A program made the translations under genes and the position numbers. A stretch of 32,000 nt of DNA from Candidatus Hadarchaeota archaeon (GTDB lineage Archaea > Hadarchaeota > Hadarchaeia > Hadarchaeales > Hadarchaeaceae): NCBI GenBank assembly GCA_964514965.1, contig CAZETV010000001.1, positions 180,001 through 212,000 on the forward strand, read 5' to 3'. Below, piece by piece: positions 23,891-32,000 of the stretch. The stretch's first letter is position 1; every line of letters begins with the position of its first letter. The notes beneath the pieces are model-generated. The model was not told where the DNA came from. It did not search any database and worked only from the letters and a program-made list of their open reading frames with translations.

Positions 23891-24744
23891 AAGCAACAAA
23901 GATTTCTCAGACTGCCGGATTTTGGGCGTCTAGATTTGCAATTTTGATTGTTCTCGGACTTCTCGGATATTTGCTATTCTATATAATCTGGAATGGGGCC
24001 GGGATCATAAGTTGGGATTTTCTGACCCAACCCCCCACCCAAGGAATGACTGAAGGAGGAATTTTCCCCATGATAATTGGGACCCTTCTTTTGGTGAGTT
24101 TGGCGATAGCTATAGCCCTTCCGTTCGGGCTAATGTCCGCTATTTACTTAGTGGAATACGCTCCAAGCGAAAGCAGGTTTGTCAGATGGGTTAACTCAGC
24201 GGTATACAATCTGAACGGGGTGCCGTCAATAGTGTTTGGTCTTTTCGGCTTGGCATTTTTTGTAAAATTTCTTGGATTAGGAGCCTGTCTACTCTCGGCT
24301 TCCTTAACTCTATCTCTGATGATCCTCCCCACTGTAATCACGACATCAGTTGAGGCCCTCAGAAGCGTGCCCGATTCATTTAGGGAAGGAAGCATGGCTC
24401 TCGGGGCGAGTAAATGGCAAACCATATGGAAGGTTGTTTCGCCTGCGGCATTTCCGGGGATTATAACAGGAGCTATCCTAGGGGTAGGAAGGGCGGCTGG
24501 AGAAACAGCCCCACTTCTCTTCACGGGCGCAGTTTTTTACATGAAGGGTTTACCAAGCTCTGTGCTTGCTCCAGTGATGGCACTCCCCTACCATTTGTTT
24601 GTGCTGGCGACTGAACATCCCAATATTTCCGAAGTTAGACCAATCCAATTTGGAACGGCCTTGGTGCTCCTCATGTTAGTCCTATCGATTAGCCTAATTG
24701 CGGCTCTGATCAGACATCGTTATAGAAAGATGAGGAAGTGGTAA
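23887..24744 (+). CDS. pstA: Phosphate ABC transporter permease PstA
   Basis: The EAA loop is [20 protein letters not shown]. The ATG at 23887 overlaps the pstC stop (ATGA) and is preceded by ggaaggag. Confidence 0.88.
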   Translation: MKATKISQTAGFWASRFAILIVLGLLGYLLFYIIWNGAGIISWDFLTQPPTQGMTEGGIFPMIIGTLLLVSLAIAIALPFGLMSAIYLVEYAPSESRFVRWVNSAVYNLNGVPSIVFGLFGLAFFVKFLGLGACLLSASLTLSLMILPTVITTSVEALRSVPDSFREGSMALGASKWQTIWKVVSPAAFPGIITGAILGVGRAAGETAPLLFTGAVFYMKGLPSSVLAPVMALPYHLFVLATEHPNISEVRPIQFGTALVLLMLVLSISLIAALIRHRYRKMRKW

Positions 24745-24745
24745 G

Positions 24746-25501
24746 ATGAAAGTAAAAATTGAGACAAGAAACCTAAACGTTTGGTACAGAAATAACCATG
24801 CTGTCGAGGATTTCTCCATCGAAATACCCGCGAACCAAATAACTGCTATAATCGGACCATCTGGCTGCGGAAAATCAACTTTCATAAAAACGCTCAACAG
24901 GCTCGTCGAACTTACCGAGGGGGCCAGGGTTAGCGGGGAAGTATTGATCGATGGAAAGAACATCTATGACTCAAATGTGGATGAAACCGAGGTGAGGTGG
25001 AAAATGGGGATGGTTTTCCAAAAGCCCAATCCATTCCCCAAGTCAATATACGACAACATAAGTTATGGCATCAGACTCCACAACCATTGTGACGGGGCAG
25101 AGTTAGATAAACGGGTCGAGGAGAATTTGAGAAAAGCTGCCCTCTGGGAGGAAGTAAAGGACTGGCTGAAGAAGTCTGCCTTCGAAATCTCAGGAGGGCA
25201 ACAGCAGCGTTTATGTATTGCGCGGGCGCTGGCTGTGGAACCCGAAGTTATCCTGATGGATGAGCCGTGCTCGGCATTGGACCCGATCGCTACTACAAAG
25301 ATAGAAGACCTGCTGTTCGAGCTGAAAAAGGATTACACGATAGTGATAGTGACTCACAACATGCAACAGGCCGCGAGGGTTTCCGATTACACCGCATTTA
25401 TGTATTTGGGTAAACTTGTAGAATATGGACCGACTCATGAAATATTTGAGAGGCCAAAAAATAAGCAAACTCAGGATTATGTCAGGGGGAGATTTGGGTG
25501 A
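24746..25501 (+). CDS. pstB: Phosphate ABC transporter ATP-binding protein PstB
   Basis: Walker A is GPSGCGKST, the signature is [14 protein letters not shown] and Walker B is ILMDEP. Confidence 0.92.
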   Translation: MKVKIETRNLNVWYRNNHAVEDFSIEIPANQITAIIGPSGCGKSTFIKTLNRLVELTEGARVSGEVLIDGKNIYDSNVDETEVRWKMGMVFQKPNPFPKSIYDNISYGIRLHNHCDGAELDKRVEENLRKAALWEEVKDWLKKSAFEISGGQQQRLCIARALAVEPEVILMDEPCSALDPIATTKIEDLLFELKKDYTIVIVTHNMQQAARVSDYTAFMYLGKLVEYGPTHEIFERPKNKQTQDYVRGRFG

Positions 25502-26169
25502 ACAAGACAAGGCCAATTCACAGAAAGCGCTTCTCGGAGGAGCTTGAGGAGCTAAAAACTCGCTTGATGGAGATGAGTGAGCTAGCGACCGCATCAGTGG
25601 AAAATGCAGTCAAGAGCCTGACCGACCAGAACATCAAGCTTGCGAATAGAGTAATAAAATATGACGAAAAAATAGATAGCCTCGAACTTGAGATAGAGAA
25701 GACTTGCATGCGATTGATAGCCCTTCAACAGCCGATGGGGGAAGACCTGAGAACAATTGGAGCATGCTTAAAAATAATCACGGACTTGGAACGAATAGGC
25801 GACCGGGCAAAAGATATAGCCGTCATATCAAAGGGGCTCGCAGGAAGGCCCCTAGTCAAGCCCCTTGTGGATATCCCATTAATGTCGAAGTTGGCAATTG
25901 AAATGATGAAAGACAGCGTGAAAGCTTTCAAGACCCAAGATTCATCCCTAGCCTGGGGGCTGGGTGAAAGAGATGACAGAGTTGACCTGCTGTGCCAACA
26001 AGTCACAAGAGAGTTGTTTTCGTATATAATAGAGAACCCAAGAAAAACTTCAGATGCGTCCCAACTAATGTTTGTAGCTTCTTACTTAGAGAGAATAGCT
26101 GACCATGCAACGAATATAGGAGAAAGAGTAATTTACATTGTTAAAGGGGAACGAGTAAAAATAAACTGA
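25498..26169 (+). CDS. phoU: Phosphate signalling complex protein PhoU
   Basis: 223 aa with two PhoU repeats ([11 protein letters not shown] and [12 protein letters not shown]). The GTG start overlaps the pstB stop. Confidence 0.88.
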   Translation: MNKTRPIHRKRFSEELEELKTRLMEMSELATASVENAVKSLTDQNIKLANRVIKYDEKIDSLELEIEKTCMRLIALQQPMGEDLRTIGACLKIITDLERIGDRAKDIAVISKGLAGRPLVKPLVDIPLMSKLAIEMMKDSVKAFKTQDSSLAWGLGERDDRVDLLCQQVTRELFSYIIENPRKTSDASQLMFVASYLERIADHATNIGERVIYIVKGERVKIN

Positions 26170-26227
26170 GTTTCTCTCTCCTCGGCTTTATCTTCTTGAG
26201 CCAATATTTTCTTTCTGAACTTGGATA

Positions 26228-26331
26228 ATGGCGCCGGGGCAGGGATTTGAACCCTGGAAGCGCTAACGCGCAACGGGGTGTTTGCAGTTGACTATAGCAA
26301 CCCCGCTCCTTACCTGGCTGGGACACCCCGG
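26228..26331 (-). tRNA. tRNA-Ser (anticodon GCU), long variable arm, putative 15-nt intron after position 37; CCA encoded
   Basis: The reverse complement is GCCGGGG TG TCCCAGCCAGGTAAGGAG CGGGG TTGCTA [TAGTCAACTGCAAAC] A CCCCG TTGCGCGTTAGCGCTTC CAGGG TTCAAAT CCCTG CCCCGGC G CCA. Confidence 0.8.
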
Positions 26332-26410
26332 CACTTAAAATGAAATCGGAGGTTTGCTCCTTTATAAGTAACCTTAATTCAAAGATTTCGGCAAGTGAAC
26401 TGGATTAAAA

Positions 26411-26722
26411 GGCGACGAGCGCGCCCGAAGTTGACGCCTTCCCCACATGCCGATTACTGGCCCCAAACTCCATCTCGTGGTCCGCAAGCGTCGCACGTCC
26501 TATCTACGGCTGCTGACTTCCGCCCCTGACCGGATTCGACAGGTGGAGACAGTTTACCTTAGTGCTACCACCAAGGCCCTGCCGCCGCCGACCCTGCGGG
26601 ACGAGATATCTTCGCCGGAAACCAGGTCGAACATATGGTTCCAACGCCGTCCTCGAGCTTCGGCCCACCATAAACCCCATTTGTGGTAGAGGCAAGGGGT
26701 GGCTGCCCGCCTAGCTCGCCGC
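26411..26722 (-). ncRNA. Signal recognition particle RNA (archaeal 7S/SRP RNA); ends approximate
   Basis: The minus strand contains the helix-8 motif CCGGTCAGGGGCGGAAGTCAGCAGCCGTAG (compare the conserved ...CAGG.CCGGAAGG.AGCA.C.GUAG). The 5' GGCGAGC pairs with the 3' GCTCGTC, and CCCC pairs with GGGG. Length is about 310 nt. The ORFs called across it on both strands are spurious. Confidence 0.8.
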
Positions 26723-26726
26723 AATA

Positions 26727-27686
26727 TTAACTGGATTTGGGAGAAATAAGGGTTTTTTGTAACCGTTTCAACCCCAGTCCCTTCAGGAGTTCGCAGCTCT
26801 TGCAAATATTTATCGAGGTTCGCTCACCGCAGAGTTCGCATCTCCGCATTTCAAACTTTGGCGTCACGCGGGCAATATGCGGCTGTATCCTTTCAAACAT
26901 CCTCAAGATCATGAACTTTGAGTTTGGGTGATTCGTCTCGAGGCTATTCAGAAAGTCGCGAATCTCCGTGTGGATGCCGCTTGCGTACGGGCAGACTCCC
27001 AGATGCACCTTTAGTCCGCTGAGCAAGGCGTAAAGGGCCACCTCTTTCTCCGGAATTTCGCGCAACGGTTTGATTCGCGGGACGAACCCCTTTTGCGGCG
27101 GATAAGTTGACCCCAAGCGGTGAAGCCGGGAGAGGTCCGCCCGCACGTAGTTGAGCATGATTGCTTGGACTTCGTCGTCGAGATTGTGTGCGGTGGCTAG
27201 TTTGTCGGCCTCAAGCTCGCGAGCAGCTTGGTTGAGAAGCGAGCGCCGCATCACCCCGCAGTAGGTGCAGGGGTTCAACCCAGTTTTTTTAAGTTTTGCC
27301 AATTTTACCATCTTGTCGAGCGTTGCGCCGAAAATCGGTTTGAAGCTCACGACTGCATGCTCGACACTCAACGATTTCGCATTTTCCCGGGCTATTGACA
27401 CGCTTCGATCTCGATATCCCTTTATGCCTTCGTCAATCGTTATCGCAACGAGCTCACATTTTTTTTGTTTACAATAGTCGGCAAGCAAGTGCATGAGGAC
27501 GACGCTATCCTTTCCACCGGAAACCGCTACCGCAATTCGCCCCTTCGGAGAAATCATTTTGTGCTCGGCGATTGCACGCCGGAAGCGCTTTTCGACGCTT
27601 TTGATCAAACACCGGTCGCAGAGAAGTACCCCCGCGTAGCGTCGGTGGTAAGCCGCGCGCCGCCCACAAAAAGTACACTTGATCAC
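26727..27686 (-). CDS. ttuA: PP-loop tRNA 2-thiolation protein (TtuA/NcsA family)
   Basis: The N-terminal zinc finger is CTFCG...CDRC, the PP-loop is AVSGGKDS, and the C-terminal Cys cluster is CELCG...CKSC. It sits immediately downstream of a ThiS/SAMP-like gene. A TtuA versus NcsA assignment cannot be made from sequence alone. Confidence 0.7.
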   Translation of the reverse strand: MIKCTFCGRRAAYHRRYAGVLLCDRCLIKSVEKRFRRAIAEHKMISPKGRIAVAVSGGKDSVVLMHLLADYCKQKKCELVAITIDEGIKGYRDRSVSIARENAKSLSVEHAVVSFKPIFGATLDKMVKLAKLKKTGLNPCTYCGVMRRSLLNQAARELEADKLATAHNLDDEVQAIMLNYVRADLSRLHRLGSTYPPQKGFVPRIKPLREIPEKEVALYALLSGLKVHLGVCPYASGIHTEIRDFLNSLETNHPNSKFMILRMFERIQPHIARVTPKFEMRRCELCGERTSINICKSCELLKGLGLKRLQKTLISPKSS

Positions 27687-27902
27687 TCAACCACCCGTGA
27701 CGATGGTCAAAATCTCGATGAGGTCACCATCGGAGAGGCGTTCCTCCTCGGCCACTATCTTCCCGTTGCGTCTCACGACGACGACCTCCCGGCTGTAGTC
27801 TAGCTCCCGCAGCAGGTCAGCAATGGTGGTGTGGGAGTCGAGCCGAATTTCTTGTTTGTGTTTCTTCCCGACTTGCTTTACTGTAACCGTGATGTGGGTC
27901 AT
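27687..27902 (-). CDS. Ubiquitin-like sulfur carrier (ThiS/MoaD/SAMP/TtuB-like)
   Basis: 71 aa ending in ...IVTGG (C-terminal Gly-Gly). It is directly adjacent to the thiolase start. Confidence 0.75.
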   Translation of the reverse strand: MTHITVTVKQVGKKHKQEIRLDSHTTIADLLRELDYSREVVVVRRNGKIVAEEERLSDGDLIEILTIVTGG

Positions 27903-27906
27903 TTCA

Positions 27907-29100
27907 TCACATGAACATGGGTAAGAAGTTCACGATAATCAACGCCAGCACGATGAACGAGAATATATAGCTCACGCGTTTGGCCGTTTGTTTGGAACTC
28001 ACTCGCTCAACCACACCCTGCAAGATGTAACCTCCGTCAAGCGGCACGAGTGGAAGGAGGTTGAACATTCCTATAGCGAAGTTGAGCAGAAACATCCAAG
28101 TTAGCACAGAGACCAATGGCCAAGGGATTAATACATTGTCGGAGTACGGGTGGAACAACGGTTGCCCCATGATTCCGTATGATATTGCAACGAAGATATA
28201 GATGGGATTGGTAAAATTCGATCTTGGCAGAGCAGAAATTGTGGCCATACCTATAAAACCACGATTTTCATTATCCTCCCTCGCAACGGTGGTAAGAGTA
28301 AATATCCCGTTATCAGAAACAATACTAATATTTTCCCCGGGGCGTATATTCTCTGTAAAGTCGTAGTAATCCTGCCAAGTATTCATCTCAACACCGTTAA
28401 TCGAGAACAGGCGCATATCCGGTTGTATGCCCGCGTTTTCCGCTGGAGAGGTTTCACCTGTTCCCAGAACGTAAACACCCGGGCGTGGGACTACTACAAC
28501 TAGGAGGATGGCTAAACAAAGTAGTGCAAAAAGGATATTCGCGAACGACCCTGCGCTATACATTCGAAGACGCTGCAGGATGGGTGCTTTCTTCAGGCGT
28601 TTTTCGTCGGGCTCAACAAATGCCCCTGGAATGATTATGAAAACCATGGCCCCTACTGATTTCGTTGGTATCCCCTGAGCTCGAAGCAGGAAACCATGTG
28701 AAAATTCGTGCACGAGGAGCAAGCTGAACATCGCGATTAAACCTTCCCAAAGGGGTATGGTCACTCCCGGTATCACGAGTCTCACGCCGGCGGGAGCGGC
28801 CGCTATTTTTGGAGATGTGAGGATAAAAACCGCACTTAATATGATGACTACAAACATGAAGATCATAAGTCCGAATCCCGTAACTGTGGCAGCATTTCCA
28901 AAAATGCGCCATCCTCGTTTGTGAGAGCGACCAACACGGTCAATGAAGTCTAAACCACGTTCAGTGTGCCACATCAGCACGCCGGGGGAAATTGCGAAGC
29001 CCCGCTTTTCGAGATGATATTGGCGATTCGTTAGAAGTATGAAGCCCCAGAATAGAAGCAATGCTATAACGATTAGCGCCCATTCTATCATTTGAGTCAC
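27907..29100 (-). CDS. Site-2 protease family (M50) membrane metalloprotease with a PDZ-like insert
   Basis: It carries the HEFSHG zinc motif and NLLPLVPLDGG, and has multiple TM helices. Confidence 0.85.
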   Translation of the reverse strand: MTQMIEWALIVIALLLFWGFILLTNRQYHLEKRGFAISPGVLMWHTERGLDFIDRVGRSHKRGWRIFGNAATVTGFGLMIFMFVVIILSAVFILTSPKIAAAPAGVRLVIPGVTIPLWEGLIAMFSLLLVHEFSHGFLLRAQGIPTKSVGAMVFIIIPGAFVEPDEKRLKKAPILQRLRMYSAGSFANILFALLCLAILLVVVVPRPGVYVLGTGETSPAENAGIQPDMRLFSINGVEMNTWQDYYDFTENIRPGENISIVSDNGIFTLTTVAREDNENRGFIGMATISALPRSNFTNPIYIFVAISYGIMGQPLFHPYSDNVLIPWPLVSVLTWMFLLNFAIGMFNLLPLVPLDGGYILQGVVERVSSKQTAKRVSYIFSFIVLALIIVNFLPMFM

Positions 29101-29160
29101 AGTCTATCTATACAACCAACAAAGTTTAAACATCTGCGCTCAGCTCAATTGTTGGGGCAC

Positions 29161-29472
29161 ATGTTTTCTCTGGTGTTAACAGCGGTGAAAAATCGCGCGG
29201 AAGCTAAGCGACTTAGCGAGAAGTTGGTGGCAGAAAAGCTCGCGGCCTGCGTGAGCGCTCTGCCAGGCGCAAGTTCAATTTACAGATGGCGCGGAAAGCT
29301 TGAAAGAGCTGGGGAGGTTCTACTCTTAATAAAAACCTCAAACAAAAAACTCGACCGCTTAATCCCGCGCATCAAAGAATTACACAGTTATGAAGTGCCC
29401 GAAATTTTAGTGATCCCAATCGAACGCGGGGCACCTGAATATTTAAAATGGATTGATGAAAGTTTGAAGTGA
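29161..29472 (+). CDS. cutA: Divalent-cation tolerance protein CutA
   Basis: MFSLVLTAV....EAKRLSEKLVAEKLAACV.....SIYRWRGKLE...EVLLLIKT....HSYEVPEILVIPI matches CutA1. The ATG at 29161 is preferred over the track start at 29092, which overlaps the protease gene. Confidence 0.85.
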   Translation: MFSLVLTAVKNRAEAKRLSEKLVAEKLAACVSALPGASSIYRWRGKLERAGEVLLLIKTSNKKLDRLIPRIKELHSYEVPEILVIPIERGAPEYLKWIDESLK

Positions 29473-29600
29473 GTTTATGAATTTCTCGCTCGGAGATTTA
29501 CATCAGAAAGCGTCCGGGATAAACCTTCGAATGAGTCAAATTTCTGTTGCCCGTCTCATGAAAAACATTCTTGGTGGAAAACACATCGTAGGGCTTTGAT

Positions 29601-30302
29601 ATGGTCAAGCCAGTTCACGCCGCTGATGTTGCCGAAGTTGTGTATAGCGAAGAGCACTGGCAAATTTTCAGTGAATTACGAAAACGTGCGCTGGAATTGA
29701 TAGAATCCTTAATGAAGCAAGGATTTGATTCGGTTGTGCACGGGAGCGTCGCTCGAGGTGATGTCCGCAAAGGTAGCGATATAGATGTGTTCGTCCCCTA
29801 CGTCGTGCCCTCCTACAAGATCGAGCTAGCTCTCCATCAGTCCAAGCTTGAGCCGATGAAGCGGGAGATAGTTATGGCAACTCCTTGGCAGCTCCCGAAA
29901 GCAAACATTTACATCGAAGAAGACCGTTCGGTTACATTCCCGCTTGTGAGACCAAAACATCTAGAGGCTGAGTTCTATTTTTTCGGGGGAGCGGCTAGCT
30001 TCGCGCAGGTCAGGCAGGCGGTTCGTGTGCCGGGTGTCGACAAGCGCCTGATGCTGATCGAGCCTACACCACGGGGACATGTTGAAAGTCCAGTTATCGG
30101 TAGGGAAGCTGAGGTGGCGAAGCATGTCAATGTTAGCTTGGGGATTGTTCGAGAGCGCGTGCAGGTCCTGACTCGTAGGAAAGATGTAGGTCACACTGGA
30201 ATTTTCATCCAACGCACACTTTTGCCAGACGAAAGTTTTGAGGAAGTTTTCAAGCGGTTGGTGGAGAGCCATCCGGAGATGAAAGTTCGACTCAAGAAGT
30301 AG
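29601..30302 (+). CDS. Nucleotidyltransferase-domain protein (Pol-beta superfamily), conserved archaeal type
   Basis: The NTase motif is VHGSVARGDVRKGSDIDVFV. The 3' end overlaps the convergent lysK by 11 nt. Confidence 0.65.
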   Translation: MVKPVHAADVAEVVYSEEHWQIFSELRKRALELIESLMKQGFDSVVHGSVARGDVRKGSDIDVFVPYVVPSYKIELALHQSKLEPMKREIVMATPWQLPKANIYIEEDRSVTFPLVRPKHLEAEFYFFGGAASFAQVRQAVRVPGVDKRLMLIEPTPRGHVESPVIGREAEVAKHVNVSLGIVRERVQVLTRRKDVGHTGIFIQRTLLPDESFEEVFKRLVESHPEMKVRLKK

Positions 30303-31881
30303 CTTCCTTAAGGCGCGAGATGACGAACTCCTTATCAAGAACCGATATGAAGCTGCCCGCTCGGGGGCCGGACTCCCTACCCAGCAAGACTAGATAAATA
30401 GCTTTGAATAATTCGGGTGTTTTCAGATTAACTTGCTGGGCGAGTTCATAGATGTGGTTGTGAAGTTCGACCGGGGTAAAATCGCGGGAAGATATATCGG
30501 TAGTCAACTGTGTCAAACCCTGTTTCTGTTTTTGGGTGAGGAGCCCTGCAGCTTCGGCAGGAAGGGTTTCAGTAACTTTGAACCGCAGACGCTCGGGTGC
30601 ATATTTTGGTACCCAATTTTGCGCACACCTCAATCGGCGGAGGGCTAGTTTAATATCAACTTCGCTTGGGTCCGTTAGTATTCCTCTGGAAGTTAAAACG
30701 TCGATTGTCTGCTTTTCATCTCGCATGACTTGGCTCAGCACTGCGGAAAATTTGAATGGTACACGCTGCACAGGTCGTTTTGACGTTTCGTGAATCTGGG
30801 AAAGCTGGTAGATGCGCTTGAGCTGTTCTCCCTTTCGGGCACCTGTTTCAATCATGCCGAAATAGACTTGCTCCACGAGGTCGTACTCATCGTAAAGATC
30901 CAGCAGCGCTAGTCCAGGGTCGAACTCCTTGGCCTTCATAGATTTACTCTTAAAGATGAAGTAGCGCAGAAGTTCGGGCTCGGCTATCTCAAGCCATTGG
31001 GGGAGCGTGAACACAACTCCTTTCGAAGATGACATCTGTTTGCCCTTGAGGCTGACCCATTCATATGGTACGGGATAAGGGGCTTTGTATCCGAAAATTT
31101 GTTTTGCGATCGATTTACCCGTATCGTAACTTCCGCCAACGACTGCATGATCTTTGCCGAAGGGCTCGCAGGTAACGCCGAGCAACTTCCAGCGCGCGGG
31201 CCACTCCACCCGCCAAGTCAGTTTACCCTGACCTTTGGTGAAATCGGCCTCTCCCTCATAACCACAGCCGGCAGCGTAGTCAGACCCCTCGCACCTATAA
31301 CTTACGTAGTTATCGTGCCAGCTGTACGACCGAGTAGTTGCAAGCTTACCGCATCGCTCGCACAATGCATCATAAGGCAGCCAGTCCTCGGGCAATGGTC
31401 TGGAACGGTATCGGTTGAGGATCGTGCGAATTTTGTCGGCTTTCTCGAGGGCGACTCGGATTGAATCAGCCATCTTTCCGCTTTGATAAATTTCTGCACC
31501 TGAGTAAACCTTCACATCGACTCCGAAATCGTCGAATGATTCGATGAACGGGCGGGCGAAGTAATCGACGAAATTTTTGTACTTGGGATCGGGCGAGGGA
31601 ATATCGATGTAGGGCACACCTAAGTACTGCGCATATTTTTCAGCCAACTCACCCTCGTTCAACGGCCAAGGTATCCTGCGCATGGGGTCGAAATCGTCGG
31701 CATACCAAAAAGCCTCCCCTTCGCCCCCTAATTCCTCTAGCGCTCTTCGGACCCCGTCTGCTATGAAGACATCATTGCAATGGCCAATGTGAATGTGACC
31801 GGAAACGGAGATTCCGCTGGCGATAACATGTTTTTTTCCCCGTTTGAGCAGGGTTTTTGCGACTCGGTCTATCCAGTGCAT
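30292..31881 (-). CDS. lysK: Lysyl-tRNA synthetase, class I
   Basis: MHWIDRVA...VIASGISVSGHIHIGHCNDV (HIGH region) and KMSSSKG (KMSKS-like). Length is 529 aa. Confidence 0.92.
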   Translation of the reverse strand: MHWIDRVAKTLLKRGKKHVIASGISVSGHIHIGHCNDVFIADGVRRALEELGGEGEAFWYADDFDPMRRIPWPLNEGELAEKYAQYLGVPYIDIPSPDPKYKNFVDYFARPFIESFDDFGVDVKVYSGAEIYQSGKMADSIRVALEKADKIRTILNRYRSRPLPEDWLPYDALCERCGKLATTRSYSWHDNYVSYRCEGSDYAAGCGYEGEADFTKGQGKLTWRVEWPARWKLLGVTCEPFGKDHAVVGGSYDTGKSIAKQIFGYKAPYPVPYEWVSLKGKQMSSSKGVVFTLPQWLEIAEPELLRYFIFKSKSMKAKEFDPGLALLDLYDEYDLVEQVYFGMIETGARKGEQLKRIYQLSQIHETSKRPVQRVPFKFSAVLSQVMRDEKQTIDVLTSRGILTDPSEVDIKLALRRLRCAQNWVPKYAPERLRFKVTETLPAEAAGLLTQKQKQGLTQLTTDISSRDFTPVELHNHIYELAQQVNLKTPELFKAIYLVLLGRESGPRAGSFISVLDKEFVISRLKEATS

Positions 31882-31950
31882 GTAACCGAGTAGATTTAAT
31901 ATTGTACACCTAAAATGTTAGCGGGTGTGAGATTGAAACCAGCCAAGCGT

Positions 31951-32000
31951 ATGAAAGAAATCCCTCCGTCGAGCACGTTTAAAGTTTTGAACCTCGCCAA
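31951..32000 (+). CDS. Start of an unidentified gene (possibly an aminotransferase); truncated by the window edge
   Basis: Only MKEIPPSSTFKVLNLA is visible (the start could also be the GTG at 31927). There is a weak resemblance to class I aminotransferase N-termini. Confidence 0.25.
   Translation, partial: MKEIPPSSTFKVLNLA

Noticed and set aside
20698-26331. The pst/phoU block is bounded by tRNA-Val and tRNA-Ser and has somewhat lower G+C (sampled lines 27-48%); considered as a tRNA-targeted genomic island
   Set aside because: No integrase is present, no duplicated tRNA 3' end was seen at the far boundary, and the gene content is a standard co-regulated phosphate regulon. The lower G+C is partly explained by membrane-protein genes.
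26447-26805. Several 60-83-aa ORFs on both strands at 26447-26805
   Set aside because: They overlap the SRP RNA gene, which has a conserved helix-8 motif and paired termini. These are GC-rich structured RNA, not coding sequence.

Overview
Archaeal chromosomal window. Supporting signals are a class I lysyl-tRNA synthetase, an archaeal-type SRP RNA, two tRNAs with introns at the canonical anticodon-loop position, and F420/methanopterin cofactor genes (cofD, two cofE paralogs, a Mer-like reductase, an FrhB-like protein, a DHPS-like protein). The right half (about 17.6-32 kb) is ordinary housekeeping: the cofactor genes, a PhoU/AbrB regulator with pstSCAB-phoU, tRNA-Val, tRNA-Ser, SRP RNA, a ubiquitin-like sulfur carrier with a TtuA/NcsA-type thiolase, an M50 site-2 protease, cutA, a nucleotidyltransferase and lysK. 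The interesting part is a roughly 14.8-kb type I CRISPR-Cas island (2856-17642, all on the minus strand) sitting between the Mer-like gene and the FrhB-like gene. It has a 24-repeat array followed by cas2-cas1-cas4 | ATPase | cas3-cas5-cas7-small ORF-cas8 | NTase + small ORF | ATPase | cas6. The island is a visible mosaic. (i) The interference genes cas8 to cas3 (7867-14546) are sharply AT-rich: sampled 60-nt lines give 25-38% G+C, against 48-60% in the flanking cas1, cas6 and ATPase genes. (ii) This block is bounded by a frameshifted cas6 3' remnant next to cas8 and by a cas4 5' remnant next to cas3. Each remnant duplicates part of an intact cas6 or cas4 lying further out. (iii) The DNA between each remnant and its intact copy carries cargo. 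On both sides there is a P-loop ATPase with a C-terminal PD-(D/E)xK-like motif, one of the Arch_ATPase/DUF234 type and one of the AAA_14/DUF4143 type. On the cas6 side there is also a toxin-antitoxin-like nucleotidyltransferase/small-protein pair. (iv) The DUF4143-type cassette is flanked by a perfect 17-bp direct repeat that equals the last codons of cas6. Other observations: a standalone 121-aa gene between cas8 and cas7, two adjacent spacers differing at two positions, tandem palindromic operator-like sites in front of one ATPase, and an inverted orphan repeat-like sequence 1.8 kb beyond the array. All family assignments come from motif recognition by eye. No searches were run.
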